This document shows, in pieces, positions 30,865 through 40,147 of a stretch of 64,000 bases of DNA; position 1 is the stretch's first letter; each line of letters starts with the position of its first letter. The position numbers and the translations under genes were made by a program. The DNA lies in the IMG/VR virus record IMGVR_UViG_3300017917_001336, positions 64,001 through 128,000 of that record; one strand, 5' to 3'. A model generated the notes under the pieces. It did not search any database, was not told the origin of the DNA, and saw only the letters and a list, made by a program, of their open reading frames with translations. Origin of the DNA: a virus.

Positions 30865-31770
30865 TTAGCGGCTGTTACGCATACACGTTACTTCTACTAC
30901 GCTACGCCAGTTGCTGGGCATACTAACACGAATGTCCGCAACCTTAAGCACCATACGCAGGCTTAGCTCTCGCATACGCTCTGCATTGTTATTAATGTAG
31001 TCTACTACTTCTTGCTTGTCCTCATCAGTTAGCTTGTAGTCATCGAGCATACCGCACTCGTTAACTACCTGCTTGATACGCAACAGCTTCTCACGGGTAG
31101 TATCAATAGTCAGATCCAAATAGTGACAACGTGACTCCAATGCTTCCAAGTGATCGCGCAGCTTCTTTGACTTAACGTGATCGAACTTGATGTTGCTAAT
31201 AAAGATAGCACCACCGTGGAAGTCGAAACTGTTGGGCACACCTTCTTGTCTAAGCAAACGGCTGTCCGTGTTCCAATGGATAGTACGCTTCTTACCTGAG
31301 TCTAGCGCAGCCTTTAGGATGTTCAAGCTAAGGTCATCTAGCAGTACAGAGTCGCAGTCATCAAACACTAGGATGCATTTACGATCGCTGAACTCGTAGA
31401 GCTTTTTGTACAAGCCAATGGCACTCATTGCGCCCTTGACTACTTCGTATTTCTTCAGCTTGGTATCGTTGGCTACATTAGCAAACACATCATGCTTGCC
31501 CAGTACCCGTTCTACACCAAAGCTCTTACCAACACCCGGAGGGCCAGTTACGATCATAGCACGAACATCACCCTTCTTTACAGCACGGGTCATGTCTTCT
31601 AGAATCTGAAAACGTTGGCCCAAACGTTCCATAATACTTTCATCGGACTCGGCTTTGAGCTGGCGCTCTTTTTCTTTAATATAGTCCTTGTCCTGCTCCA
31701 AGCTGGCTGTAGTGCCTGCTGAGCTCTTTTTACCTTTGGGCATGTCTGCTAGTGTCATTACTTTTGCCAT
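30865..31770 (-). CDS. P-loop AAA-type ATPase
   Basis: GPPGVGKS Walker A, LVFDDCD Walker B, FISN, ALESR. Confidence 0.85.
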   Translation of the reverse strand: MAKVMTLADMPKGKKSSAGTTASLEQDKDYIKEKERQLKAESDESIMERLGQRFQILEDMTRAVKKGDVRAMIVTGPPGVGKSFGVERVLGKHDVFANVANDTKLKKYEVVKGAMSAIGLYKKLYEFSDRKCILVFDDCDSVLLDDLSLNILKAALDSGKKRTIHWNTDSRLLRQEGVPNSFDFHGGAIFISNIKFDHVKSKKLRDHLEALESRCHYLDLTIDTTREKLLRIKQVVNECGMLDDYKLTDEDKQEVVDYINNNAERMRELSLRMVLKVADIRVSMPSNWRSVVEVTCMRNSR

Positions 31771-31824
31771 GTGTGTTCGCTCCTTTATTTAAAACATCTA
31801 GTATACTATCGAATGCAGTCTTGG

Positions 31825-31983
31825 TCAACTCTTTTGAAACACGCTTTGCACATAGCACTCGGAGCCATATTGGGCTTCTACTAGTGCTCGAGCCTGTTGC
31901 GGATGGTTGGCCTGAACCACTTGGGTAATGTTTCTCAGTTGGGTGTCGCCACCCACTGAGAATGTAACTTCATACATGTTCAT
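31825..31983 (-). CDS. Small hypothetical protein, 52 aa (not in track)
   Basis: ATG overlaps the stop of the upstream ORF; open frame. Confidence 0.5.
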   Translation of the reverse strand: MNMYEVTFSVGGDTQLRNITQVVQANHPQQARALVEAQYGSECYVQSVFQKS

Positions 31984-32324
31984 TAGTCGAGCCTCGAACC
32001 TGCGTAAGCATCAAACCCATACTTGCGGAGTACTTGGGCGCAAGCTTCTGCACCCGCTTCTAGTGTATCCACGTTCTGGACATAGAGCCCGGATGGGTTC
32101 CAAAGCTGGAATGCCTTGTTATAGCTTTGGCGGATGCCTGCTTCTTTGAGTGTGCGACCCAGTTTGGTGTTGCCTTTGATACCCAGGATATCAACCCAGG
32201 CAAAGCCACATGCGAACTGGTCACGTCCGCCTAGTTTGGTTTGGAAGAACAGGGTTGCTGCTTCGGTAGCTGCTTGGCTAGCTTCTGCTACGATGTCTTT
32301 GACTTGCTCGACTGTATATTGCAT
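31983..32324 (-). CDS. Hypothetical early protein
   Basis: Own promoter and RBS; CGFAWV motif. Confidence 0.8.
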   Translation of the reverse strand: MQYTVEQVKDIVAEASQAATEAATLFFQTKLGGRDQFACGFAWVDILGIKGNTKLGRTLKEAGIRQSYNKAFQLWNPSGLYVQNVDTLEAGAEACAQVLRKYGFDAYAGSRLD

Positions 32325-32496
32325 GGTTCGCTCCTTGCTGTGTTGTTTAAGTATGTATTATACTATTTCAGGGCCGGGTTGTCAACCGTTTGATTCCGGT
32401 ATTTTTGGACTAGACCTTCTGCGGCCATTGCGATGCAGAGTATAGCAAGGAATGCCCAAAGCTCGATGGTCATATAAAATGCGTTGATTACTTCGT

Positions 32497-32829
32497 TCAT
32501 GCTGCCTCCTTAAGGGTTAGAATTTTTGCAGGGTAAGTAATAGAACCTTCCCACTCCAACTGGCTCTTTTCGAACTCAGTCATGTAATCATCGGCTACTA
32601 CACCGTAGGACACGATGTATTGGCGTGAGCCTATATCATCCCACTCTACTTCAGAACGGAAGTAGTTGACCAGCTCTGCTAGAGCTTCATCGGAGCGACC
32701 TGCTGCACCCAGCGGATAGAAGTAGTCCTCACCGCCTTTGAACTTCCAATACTGTGGGCACTCGCCGGTGCCGTCCCAATCGTGGGCACCATAGTTTTCC
32801 ATGTATTGGCAAGTAATGTGCAGTTTCAT
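32497..32829 (-). CDS. Hypothetical early protein
   Basis: Own promoter and RBS; ENYGAHDWDG.GECPQYWKFKGG motif. Confidence 0.8.
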   Translation of the reverse strand: MKLHITCQYMENYGAHDWDGTGECPQYWKFKGGEDYFYPLGAAGRSDEALAELVNYFRSEVEWDDIGSRQYIVSYGVVADDYMTEFEKSQLEWEGSITYPAKILTLKEAA

Positions 32830-32891
32830 ATTCGCTCCTTTGTTTAACTTATGCTGCTAGTATAGCAAATTTGGGCTAGGCTGTCAACCAA

Positions 32892-33119
32892 TTAGTCCCA
32901 GCTCTTTTTATCACCGAACTGCTCGTTCCACTGGTAGCCTGCGAGATAGGCTTGAACTTCTGTAGGTGTTAGATCCGTTACACGATCCGATGTGCCAGTG
33001 CCACCAACATAGTAATGTGGCTGGCGTCCACGGCCGTAGTAGCTGTCTGCAGAGCCTCTATCAAAAGGGCCGCCGTGGCGTTGATCGTATGCGTCTCGGG
33101 ATTCGTATGTAAATGGCAT
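32892..33119 (-). CDS. Hypothetical early protein (start reassigned to 33119)
   Basis: GGAGCGAT RBS and promoter directly upstream. Confidence 0.75.
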   Translation of the reverse strand: MPFTYESRDAYDQRHGGPFDRGSADSYYGRGRQPHYYVGGTGTSDRVTDLTPTEVQAYLAGYQWNEQFGDKKSWD

Positions 33120-33203
33120 TGTATCGCTCCTTGTTAGTATGTGTACATTATAGCAAGGAACAGCCAAACTGTCAACCGTTTGGTTGTTGTATTTTTACAA
33201 CAG

Positions 33204-33280
33204 TGGCCTGCCCGGAGGGAATCGAACCCCCAACCTACGGCTTAGAAGGCCGTTGCTCTATCCGGTTGAGCTACGGGCAG
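33204..33280 (-). tRNA. tRNA-Arg (UCU)
   Basis: Cloverleaf: CTGCCCG acceptor, anticodon loop CTTCTAA, GGTTCGATTCC T-arm, encoded CCA. Confidence 0.95.
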
Positions 33281-33285
33281 ATGAA

Positions 33286-33363
<78 letters not shown>

Positions 33364-33370
33364 GGTTGTG

Positions 33371-33731
33371 TTATCTACTTAGCTGTTTGATTGATTGGTA
33401 GTCACCATCACTGGTTTCTTCGAATACTTCTACAAAGTCGCACCCGTCATTAAATGTACGTTCTGCGAGTTGTATTGCTTCCTTCTTAGAGTGTGTGGTT
33501 TCGATGAGTTCTTGATGGCCATCTAGCTCGGCCCAAACTTCATACTGAGTCCAGCTCATTTCTTTCTTTCTGGTTAAGAAGATCGCAAAGCATCTGTCCT
33601 AGTTGCTCTGCTTCGTGTCTATTGTCTCTTGCAATGATGCAGAGCACCCGCCCAGCTGGGACTGATTTAAAGTCCCTAACAACTACCCTATTAGGGCCGT
33701 AGTCGTCACTGAGCGAGCATCCGTATCGCAT
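33371..33731 (-). CDS. Two small hypothetical ORFs (33371-33559, 33540-33731)
   Basis: Coupled ORFs upstream of the tRNAs. Confidence 0.55.
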
Positions 33732-34097
33732 TTAGAAAGGTGCGTCTTCTGCGTCTGCAGGAACAGCAGCCTTAGCCTTAGTCTTTGACTGTGCCTTAGC
33801 AGGAGCCTTCGCAGGTGCTGCCTTAGCTTTAGGAGCTTTGGGTGCCTTAGGAGCCTTGTCTTCCAAGTACTCCGCAATCGCTGACTGTGCAGCGGCGTCC
33901 TGGAACTCGTCCATAGACTGAAGCTGTTTGACAGCCTCATACTTCGAAACAGCTTCGTCGAGCTCAGCAAGACGAATGTCTTCGTGGCCATGTTTAGCCA
34001 GTACTTTGATACGCATAATATCAGTTGCAAAGCGCACCTTGTACTCGCCATTGAGTTTCGAAACGCCAACGATGTTAAAAGTTTTATCTGTAGCCAT
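33732..34097 (-). CDS. Hypothetical protein with Lys/Ala/Pro-rich histone-like tail
   Basis: AGAGG RBS, own promoter; KAPKAPKAPKAKAAPAKAPAK tail. Confidence 0.75.
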   Translation of the reverse strand: MATDKTFNIVGVSKLNGEYKVRFATDIMRIKVLAKHGHEDIRLAELDEAVSKYEAVKQLQSMDEFQDAAAQSAIAEYLEDKAPKAPKAPKAKAAPAKAPAKAQSKTKAKAAVPADAEDAPF

Positions 34098-34166
34098 TGT
34101 AATACCTCTTTCTGTGTGTGGTTTAAGTTTATATGCCAGTTTCCTTAGCATGTTTCTATTATAAGT

Positions 34167-34436
34167 TCATTTGCTCGGTTTGTCAACCGTTTTGTGCCTC
34201 TTTTGGGCAACCAATTTCTCTTTCTCTTTGCCAAATTCCTTTTCTGAGTAGTATTCAATCAAATGGTGTCTAATCATTAGGGTTAGATCCATTCCGGAAT
34301 CATCTGGGCAGATAAATCGGACTGGACAGTATCCCCAACTCCTCGTTTGGACAAACTGGTAATACCAGCGCCTATGATCCTTGTTGTAAGGATCAAAGGC
34401 TACCAGCGGGCGTGAATAATATTCTAACTTACTCAC
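34167..34436 (-). CDS. Hypothetical protein
   Basis: 89 aa ORF with RBS. Confidence 0.6.
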   Translation of the reverse strand: MSKLEYYSRPLVAFDPYNKDHRRWYYQFVQTRSWGYCPVRFICPDDSGMDLTLMIRHHLIEYYSEKEFGKEKEKLVAQKRHKTVDKPSK

Positions 34437-34486
34437 GATCCTCTATCCATAGACGCATAATTGCATCCAATTGGTCCATCGCTTCT

Positions 34487-35122
34487 TTACTTGCTACCAT
34501 GTGGTTCCAATCCTCTCTTTTCAATGCCATCTTCATACCATTCCTGGACTTCGTCCATTTCCTCTGCTTCATACTCTGCCATTGACTCACTGATACCAAA
34601 CATCTCGTCCAGTTCCTCGCCAATGGTGTCTACAACAGTCTTAGAGTTGGTGCCACCGTAATCGTAGCACTCGTCGTAACCGTCTTCGAACTTGCCCACA
34701 TAAGCCATACCTGGCTCGTAGTAGTAAGCACGAACTTCAAAGCCTTGCTCAACCAACTCTTCGTAAACACCCATAGGAGGGCTCCACGCAGAGTCAAATC
34801 CAAATTCAATAGTGTTGTCTTCTACAACAACAGCCTCAGGGTCATAAGCATCAACATCCCATTTGGTGCCCCAGCGGCCTACGCAGAAGTCATACCAGTT
34901 GCCATAGCCATACTTCTCGACATTTTCAGCAGTCTTACGAACCAATTCAATTTGGTCCGGGTTGTCATCGCTACCCACGCAACCTGCTACAATGTTCAGG
35001 TCCTCTGGAACAGGAATGACGTGTTTAAGGAATCTGCCTTCGCGGACAGCACTCGCAAGCGCCTCTATTTTAGCAGAGTCAGTGTGTGAAATTGTGACGT
35101 TGTTATTGCACCAATTAGGCAT
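34487..35122 (-). CDS. DUF1281/YubB-like ferredoxin-fold protein
   Basis: MPNWC.N, WGTKWD, FDSAWSPP, YYEPG motifs. Confidence 0.8.
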   Translation of the reverse strand: MPNWCNNNVTISHTDSAKIEALASAVREGRFLKHVIPVPEDLNIVAGCVGSDDNPDQIELVRKTAENVEKYGYGNWYDFCVGRWGTKWDVDAYDPEAVVVEDNTIEFGFDSAWSPPMGVYEELVEQGFEVRAYYYEPGMAYVGKFEDGYDECYDYGGTNSKTVVDTIGEELDEMFGISESMAEYEAEEMDEVQEWYEDGIEKRGLEPHGSK

Positions 35123-35140
35123 AGTTCGCTCCTATGTTGT

Positions 35141-35404
35141 TTAAGAAAATTCGTAAAAGGTTACGCTAGGGTCAATGCTCATCAACTCGCGGGCTGCACG
35201 GCGCAGATAAGTTGCACGGTCCTGCAGGGCCTTACCACGCAGTTCGCCATCGCAAGTAAGGTTCTCTGGGCTAAGGTCCGCATCCAAAGAGTTCGCAATC
35301 TTCTGGCGGTCCTCTGCGTTGAGCAGGCTCAAGGCCTTGCTACCAAAGATAGCACCCCAACGGTTCTTTTGCTCTACATAGTGTTCGATAGTTGAAATAT
35401 TCAT
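35141..35404 (-). CDS. Hypothetical early protein
   Basis: Own promoter and RBS; LSPENLTCDGE motif. Confidence 0.8.
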   Translation of the reverse strand: MNISTIEHYVEQKNRWGAIFGSKALSLLNAEDRQKIANSLDADLSPENLTCDGELRGKALQDRATYLRRAARELMSIDPSVTFYEFS

Positions 35405-35450
35405 TTTCGCTCCTGTTTATTTACTATAACTCTATTGTAAGCTCAAATGA

Positions 35451-35696
35451 TCACTTTGTCAACCGGAACTGATCAATAACCCTATTAGCTTCAGGGAAAT
35501 CGGTGTTGTTTTTCTGCAACATTTCCTCGTCCACGCACTCCATAATCATTAGACGCTGGAGCAGTTCTGCTTGGTGTTGCTGGGCAGGGTCGAGCGCATC
35601 GTACCAGTTGAGGAAGTCCTCTTCGGTTTCAAGTTCGTTCCACATGAAGTCCAGCATCTCCACTTGTTCTTCAGTTAGGTTGTTGATCGTAGGCAT
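35451..35696 (-). CDS. Small acidic hypothetical protein
   Basis: Coupled ORF. Confidence 0.6.
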   Translation of the reverse strand: MPTINNLTEEQVEMLDFMWNELETEEDFLNWYDALDPAQQHQAELLQRLMIMECVDEEMLQKNNTDFPEANRVIDQFRLTK

Positions 35697-35697
35697 A

Positions 35698-35874
35698 TTA
35701 GGAGTTGATAGTTGCGTTAGGGCTGTATTCCTCGTCTACACCGCACCCGTTGGACTCAATCCAATCGTATACGATATCCACAGGACAGCCTAGTTGGACA
35801 GCAATACTCTTAGGGCCATAGCCCTCAATGTAGAGCTGTTCAATGTCGTATGCTAGGTCTTTCAGTTTAGTCAT
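35698..35874 (-). CDS. Small helix-turn-helix protein, 58 aa (not in track)
   Basis: LYIEGYGPKSIAVQLGCPVDIVYDWI HTH-like pattern; GAGGAGG RBS. Confidence 0.55.
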   Translation of the reverse strand: MTKLKDLAYDIEQLYIEGYGPKSIAVQLGCPVDIVYDWIESNGCGVDEEYSPNATINS

Positions 35875-36079
35875 CGTAGGCCTCCTCGCCCAATTCAGTT
35901 ACTTCTTCTTCCAGCACCATTACGTCAATGATGCGAGCTGTTTGATCTTCGTTGCTTACGCCCTGGAACGCAGTACGAAAGGATTGATACTCACCGAGGA
36001 AGTCATAGACATCCATTCGGTCCCAGCCCTCTGGCACTTCAATCTCTTGCCGGAGGATAGTTGTTACATAGGCTTTCAT
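35867..36079 (-). CDS. Small acidic hypothetical protein
   Basis: AGGAGG RBS; ATGA overlap. Confidence 0.7.
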   Translation of the reverse strand: MKAYVTTILRQEIEVPEGWDRMDVYDFLGEYQSFRTAFQGVSNEDQTARIIDVMVLEEEVTELGEEAYDD

Positions 36080-36558
36080 GCTGCCTCCTTCTCTGCTTGG
36101 AACGCAAATGCTTCTTCCAGTGTAAGGAACTCGCCGTCAGTGCCGTAAAAGTCAACAAACCAAGTAGCCTTGCCGTTTACATTGCGCAGGATGTATTCGT
36201 ACTCCTCACGCTGGTGCTCTCGTGCATATTCCTCAAAGTTCTTAAAACGCTTGGCACCCACACCCTCTTCGCCGCGATCGCGACCGTAGAAGGTAGTAAT
36301 TTGTTGGCGTGCTTCTTGCTCTGCTTGGTACTCAGGGGTACCGTACTTGGCTTGTATGTCAAAGCTGTGCTTCTCGCCAATCTCAGGGCCCAGCGAGCTA
36401 ACATCGCCCAAGTCCATAAGCTTCTGCACTTTGAAGGGATCCATGTAGTGATCGCGCAGGATAACACCGTTGTGATCTAAGTAACCGTCCCAGTGGCAGT
36501 AGATCTGATCCACAGTACCGTCTGCGTATTCAATTGCAATAGTTGATCGTGTAGCCAT
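36076..36558 (-). CDS. Hypothetical early protein (IYCHWDGY motif)
   Basis: Own promoter and RBS. Confidence 0.8.
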   Translation of the reverse strand: MATRSTIAIEYADGTVDQIYCHWDGYLDHNGVILRDHYMDPFKVQKLMDLGDVSSLGPEIGEKHSFDIQAKYGTPEYQAEQEARQQITTFYGRDRGEEGVGAKRFKNFEEYAREHQREEYEYILRNVNGKATWFVDFYGTDGEFLTLEEAFAFQAEKEAA

Positions 36559-36614
36559 TTGTTTCGCTCCTGTGTGTGTTTAAGCCTTAATTATACAACC
36601 TTTTGGGTCCGCTG

Positions 36615-36851
36615 TCAAGCCACTTCTTTGTAGACTTTGTAGCCGTAGATCGCCAGCTTGCGGATAGCCGATTGGATCTCGCCGTAGGTCTCGTTGAGGT
36701 CTTCTAGGCACTTCTTAGCATCTTTGATAGTGTCTGCGGTGCAGGTCTCGCCTGAGTAGATGTGTCTGCAGTCGTAGTAACGATCGCCATCGTCAGTGAC
36801 CAGTTGGTAAGTGCCAAAGGTCTTGTACATTGTCATCTCGCCTGTTTTCAT
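36615..36851 (-). CDS. Hypothetical protein (start reassigned to 36851)
   Basis: AAGGAGCGAG RBS. Confidence 0.7.
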   Translation of the reverse strand: MKTGEMTMYKTFGTYQLVTDDGDRYYDCRHIYSGETCTADTIKDAKKCLEDLNETYGEIQSAIRKLAIYGYKVYKEVA

Positions 36852-36869
36852 CGCTCGCTCCTTGTTGAT

Positions 36870-37064
36870 TAATCTGTTGGGGAACTCCGGACTAGCCGCT
36901 AGCACCGTCTGCTAGATCGTCTGCCTTCGTCATTACCGCCTACCTTCTCCGCCGCTTCTCCGAGCTTACGCCCTGTTTCATGTGCTTAGATTGAGCGTGA
37001 CCGTCGCCACTGTCCTAACCCTCTAAGCACCTAACGGTGTAGGTAACCCCTAATTCCTTACTAT
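36870..37064 (-). ncRNA. Candidate structured ncRNA or long 5' leader
   Basis: Consensus promoter upstream; nested helices; no credible ORF. Confidence 0.5.
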
Positions 37065-37067
37065 GTG

Positions 37068-37325
37068 TTAATTATAAGCCCAAACCTCAACCTTGTCAAC
37101 CTCTGCAATAACCCTACTGCCTGTATGGGTAATGTAAACTTTAGTACTATCTGTACCGCCTTCAACTAGGAAGACAGCCATGTAGACGAATTGCCCACCG
37201 TTGCTTATGCCCAGGAACTTGCACGAGCTGAACGCAGGGCCCTTATAGCCATTCTCGCGGGCTAGGCTGTTGAGCGTAGGCCCATTGTAGGAGATAAGAG
37301 TTTTTAGTGTCTCTGGGGTAATCAT
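37068..37325 (-). CDS. Hypothetical protein
   Basis: GAGGAG RBS. Confidence 0.65.
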   Translation of the reverse strand: MITPETLKTLISYNGPTLNSLARENGYKGPAFSSCKFLGISNGGQFVYMAVFLVEGGTDSTKVYITHTGSRVIAEVDKVEVWAYN

Positions 37326-37470
37326 TTAGGCTCCTCAATTTTTAAGTTAGACAACACGGCTTCTAGTGTGTCGTAAGCCATTTGCCAACGATCCCCAGGG
37401 ATGTTATAGATCTGACTAATAGCATCGTTGAGAGTAGCTAGAGCCTCTAGCTTCTTGTAGTCTTGCTCAG

Positions 37471-37791
37471 TCATTCTGCATCCTCCTCTACTGCTTCGTC
37501 TTCCAAGCAGTCAAAGCAGTCCTCTACACGATTGTGTCCCTGATAGATAGTGTAGTCGCCAATTTGTGTTTTACATTCTTTGTCAATGTACTCGAAGCCG
37601 CCGTAGTACTCTAAGCTACGGGCATTGTCGCTAACAATAACACGCTCGCCTCTGTCAATGTACACACGGCCGCAACGGATGTCTAGTCCCAGCTTGTCAG
37701 CACTCACCCGTTCCATACCCGCTACAAAACGCTCAATGCCGTAGCTAACCTCGTCTACAACATCCAAAATGCTAGTGCAGTCTTTAAACAT
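37471..37791 (-). CDS. Hypothetical early protein
   Basis: Own promoter and RBS; LEYYGGFEY motif. Confidence 0.75.
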   Translation of the reverse strand: MFKDCTSILDVVDEVSYGIERFVAGMERVSADKLGLDIRCGRVYIDRGERVIVSDNARSLEYYGGFEYIDKECKTQIGDYTIYQGHNRVEDCFDCLEDEAVEEDAE

Positions 37792-37847
37792 AGTTTCGCT
37801 CCTTTTGTTTAACTTAGCCTATAGTATAGCACCGAGGGCCCAAACTG

Positions 37848-38084
37848 TCAACCCCATGCTTTCAATAACCCTGCACAGCACACAAGTATTCCCGCAAGGT
37901 TGACAAGGATTTGTGCTTTGTTGCGTACCCTATAGCTCCACATAAAATAAAAGCTACCACCGCATAGCCCTGCTACTAAATTGTAGGGGTACAGTTGGGG
38001 GTAAAAAGACATTAATATGTACATTGTGAGGAGGCACATAGTGCCTGCCCACTGTAGCATATTATTAAACATTGTCTGCCTCAA
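37848..38084 (-). CDS. Small membrane protein
   Basis: Three hydrophobic segments. Confidence 0.6.
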   Translation of the reverse strand: MRQTMFNNMLQWAGTMCLLTMYILMSFYPQLYPYNLVAGLCGGSFYFMWSYRVRNKAQILVNLAGILVCCAGLLKAWG

Positions 38085-38250
38085 ATTCCATTACGTCACA
38101 GCGCAAGTCCTCTACAATGTCCTCAATCCTGCAATGCGTCTCATAGCACACGTCACTGTCACCCAGTGCATCTTGTATAAGTGCGTCTGCGTCCTCTAGC
38201 AATTCCATTGCCTCGCGCAGTTTAGCTGCTTTTTGTTTTGCTGTTAGCAT
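38065..38250 (-). CDS. Hypothetical early protein
   Basis: Own promoter and RBS. Confidence 0.75.
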   Translation of the reverse strand: MLTAKQKAAKLREAMELLEDADALIQDALGDSDVCYETHCRIEDIVEDLRCDVMEFEADNV

Positions 38251-38328
38251 AGTGTCGCTCCTTGCTGTTTAAGTGTTTTAATTATAGCGCACATAGCCCA
38301 ATCTGTCAACCATGTGCGCTTGTGTTAA

Positions 38329-38661
38329 TTAAAACGCCCCTTCAAAAATTTGTTGTGTTTCGTATGCATACAAATCGCCTGTAGCCTTTTCGCGTACAGT
38401 AATCCAATCCTGTGCATAAAAGCGTTCTTGCTCATATGCGCTACCCATAAAAAAGTAACAGTCTACAGTCTCAAACTCAATCTCGTCTGTAGCAAATTGT
38501 TTAACAATGTATTCACCACATTCATCAGCGTCTAACGCATACCCGTGTTCACCAACGCTACCTAGTACATTAGCAATCCAGCGTTCCTGCTGCTCTTGCG
38601 TGTCCTCTGTGTATGTAATGTCTTGCAGTTTGCACAATTTTACAAAATTACGCTTTTCCAT
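38329..38661 (-). CDS. Acidic hypothetical early protein
   Basis: GGAGCGAA RBS; extended -10 promoter TGCTATACT. Confidence 0.75.
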   Translation of the reverse strand: MEKRNFVKLCKLQDITYTEDTQEQQERWIANVLGSVGEHGYALDADECGEYIVKQFATDEIEFETVDCYFFMGSAYEQERFYAQDWITVREKATGDLYAYETQQIFEGAF

Positions 38662-38727
38662 TTTTCGCTCCTTCTAATTACAGTACAGCTAGTATAGCAC
38701 AGCTAGCCTAGCTGTGCTGTGCTTACA

Positions 38728-39051
38728 TTACGCCTCCATGCTAGCAAGCTCGTCCTCTTGCATACCTTGTTCTGTAAAGCTAACAGCAAAGCCTACAGCG
38801 TCACTAATAGCAGTTTCAAACCCACTATCTGTATAAATGTCCCATGTGCTGTTGTGTTGCACATTTACCATTGTATAAAATTCGCTGTCGTAAATGTTAT
38901 TAATAATAGTAATACCTGTTACATTAATAACACGCCCTGCCTCACAGCCCCACAAGCCGTCGCCTGCTGTAGTAACTGTAAATGCACACATAAATTCTGT
39001 AATAATACAGTCTACGTCACGCTCGTAACGCACAAGCACTAATTTTTGCAT
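38728..39051 (-). CDS. Acidic hypothetical early protein
   Basis: Own promoter and RBS. Confidence 0.75.
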   Translation of the reverse strand: MQKLVLVRYERDVDCIITEFMCAFTVTTAGDGLWGCEAGRVINVTGITIINNIYDSEFYTMVNVQHNSTWDIYTDSGFETAISDAVGFAVSFTEQGMQEDELASMEA

Positions 39052-39134
39052 ACATCGCTCCTTTTGCTACTTAAAAAACAATTATAGCACAGCAAGCCCA
39101 AAATGTCAACTTGCTGTGCTAATAACCCTACAGT

Positions 39135-39365
39135 TTAGTCTATTATTTGCACATTAGCACAGCGCAAAGTCTGCATAGCAGTATTAATGCTTTTTAATAC
39201 TTCTGCTTGTGCATTTACATAATCTGTACTACAAATATCTCCTGTAACTAGTACAGCATTTTTAACAGTTACTACATTATGCTTATCAAAACTAAAAATT
39301 ACGCGATAAGTGTTAAGACGCTTGTTTACTACTACTTTAGCTAACACAGTACAATTTGTTTGCAT
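39135..39365 (-). CDS. Hypothetical early protein
   Basis: Own promoter and RBS. Confidence 0.7.
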   Translation of the reverse strand: MQTNCTVLAKVVVNKRLNTYRVIFSFDKHNVVTVKNAVLVTGDICSTDYVNAQAEVLKSINTAMQTLRCANVQIID

Positions 39366-39413
39366 ACACGCTCCTTCTAAGTGTTTGTATTATAGCGCAG
39401 CTAGCCCAAAATG

Positions 39414-39653
39414 TCAAATCCCTACAGCTTGTAGGGTCTTTAGTTCTTGTTGCAATTCTGCCACACGCTGTTTTTGCAGTTGTGCAATAAACTTGACTTT
39501 TTTAGTTTCGATGTCTTTGCGGAACTTATTAATGCTTACATTTAGCATATAAGAGGTTTGTCCGTAGCTTTGCAGCTTATTTTGTGTTTTGTACACATGA
39601 GCACGAGCGGCAGACATAGCGTATGCGTTTACAGTATTAGCGTATTGACCCAT
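39414..39653 (-). CDS. Basic hypothetical early protein (start reassigned to 39653)
   Basis: AAGGA RBS and consensus promoter upstream. Confidence 0.7.
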   Translation of the reverse strand: MGQYANTVNAYAMSAARAHVYKTQNKLQSYGQTSYMLNVSINKFRKDIETKKVKFIAQLQKQRVAELQQELKTLQAVGI

Positions 39654-39883
39654 CTTTGTTCCTTTTAAAAATGTATTATAGCACACTTTGGACCCGCTGT
39701 CAACAACCCTAACGACCGTAGGGTCTCTCATGATCCATTGACGCCTAACCCAAAAGGCAGTATAATACATGTATTCGAACAAAGGGGGGTGGACGTCGAG
39801 GCTGGGCGTCAGTTTCTGAGCCTGAAATAAGAAAAAGTGTGGCATCTGCGCCACACTCTAGAATACCCTGGTTGACAGCAGGG

Positions 39884-40147
39884 TTACATGCTCCAGTATG
39901 CCTCGCTGGATGGGCTACAGTATCTGGGCGTATCAAATCGTTCCATGTACTCTTTACCACCCATCATGTTGATCCGCTTGACCATAGTCTCATGGATTTC
40001 ATAGCGGAACCCTTGACTGGCTCGCCACGTATGCTTGACAGTATGCTCTAGGGTCTTGAGGTCTGTAGTATCATAGTCACTATAATGCACTCGGCGCTCG
40101 CCTGCCTTGGTGCGAGCATCCTTTTTGTATATGATAACGGTATACAT
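39884..40147 (-). CDS. Hypothetical protein
   Basis: GGAGG RBS; C-terminal TP.YCSPSSE.YWSM motif. Confidence 0.7.
   Translation of the reverse strand: MYTVIIYKKDARTKAGERRVHYSDYDTTDLKTLEHTVKHTWRASQGFRYEIHETMVKRINMMGGKEYMERFDTPRYCSPSSEAYWSM

Noticed and set aside
38034-39305. Diversity-generating retroelement as the cause of the biased tract
   Set aside because: No reverse transcriptase or template/variable repeat pair is visible, and the bias is not adenine-specific
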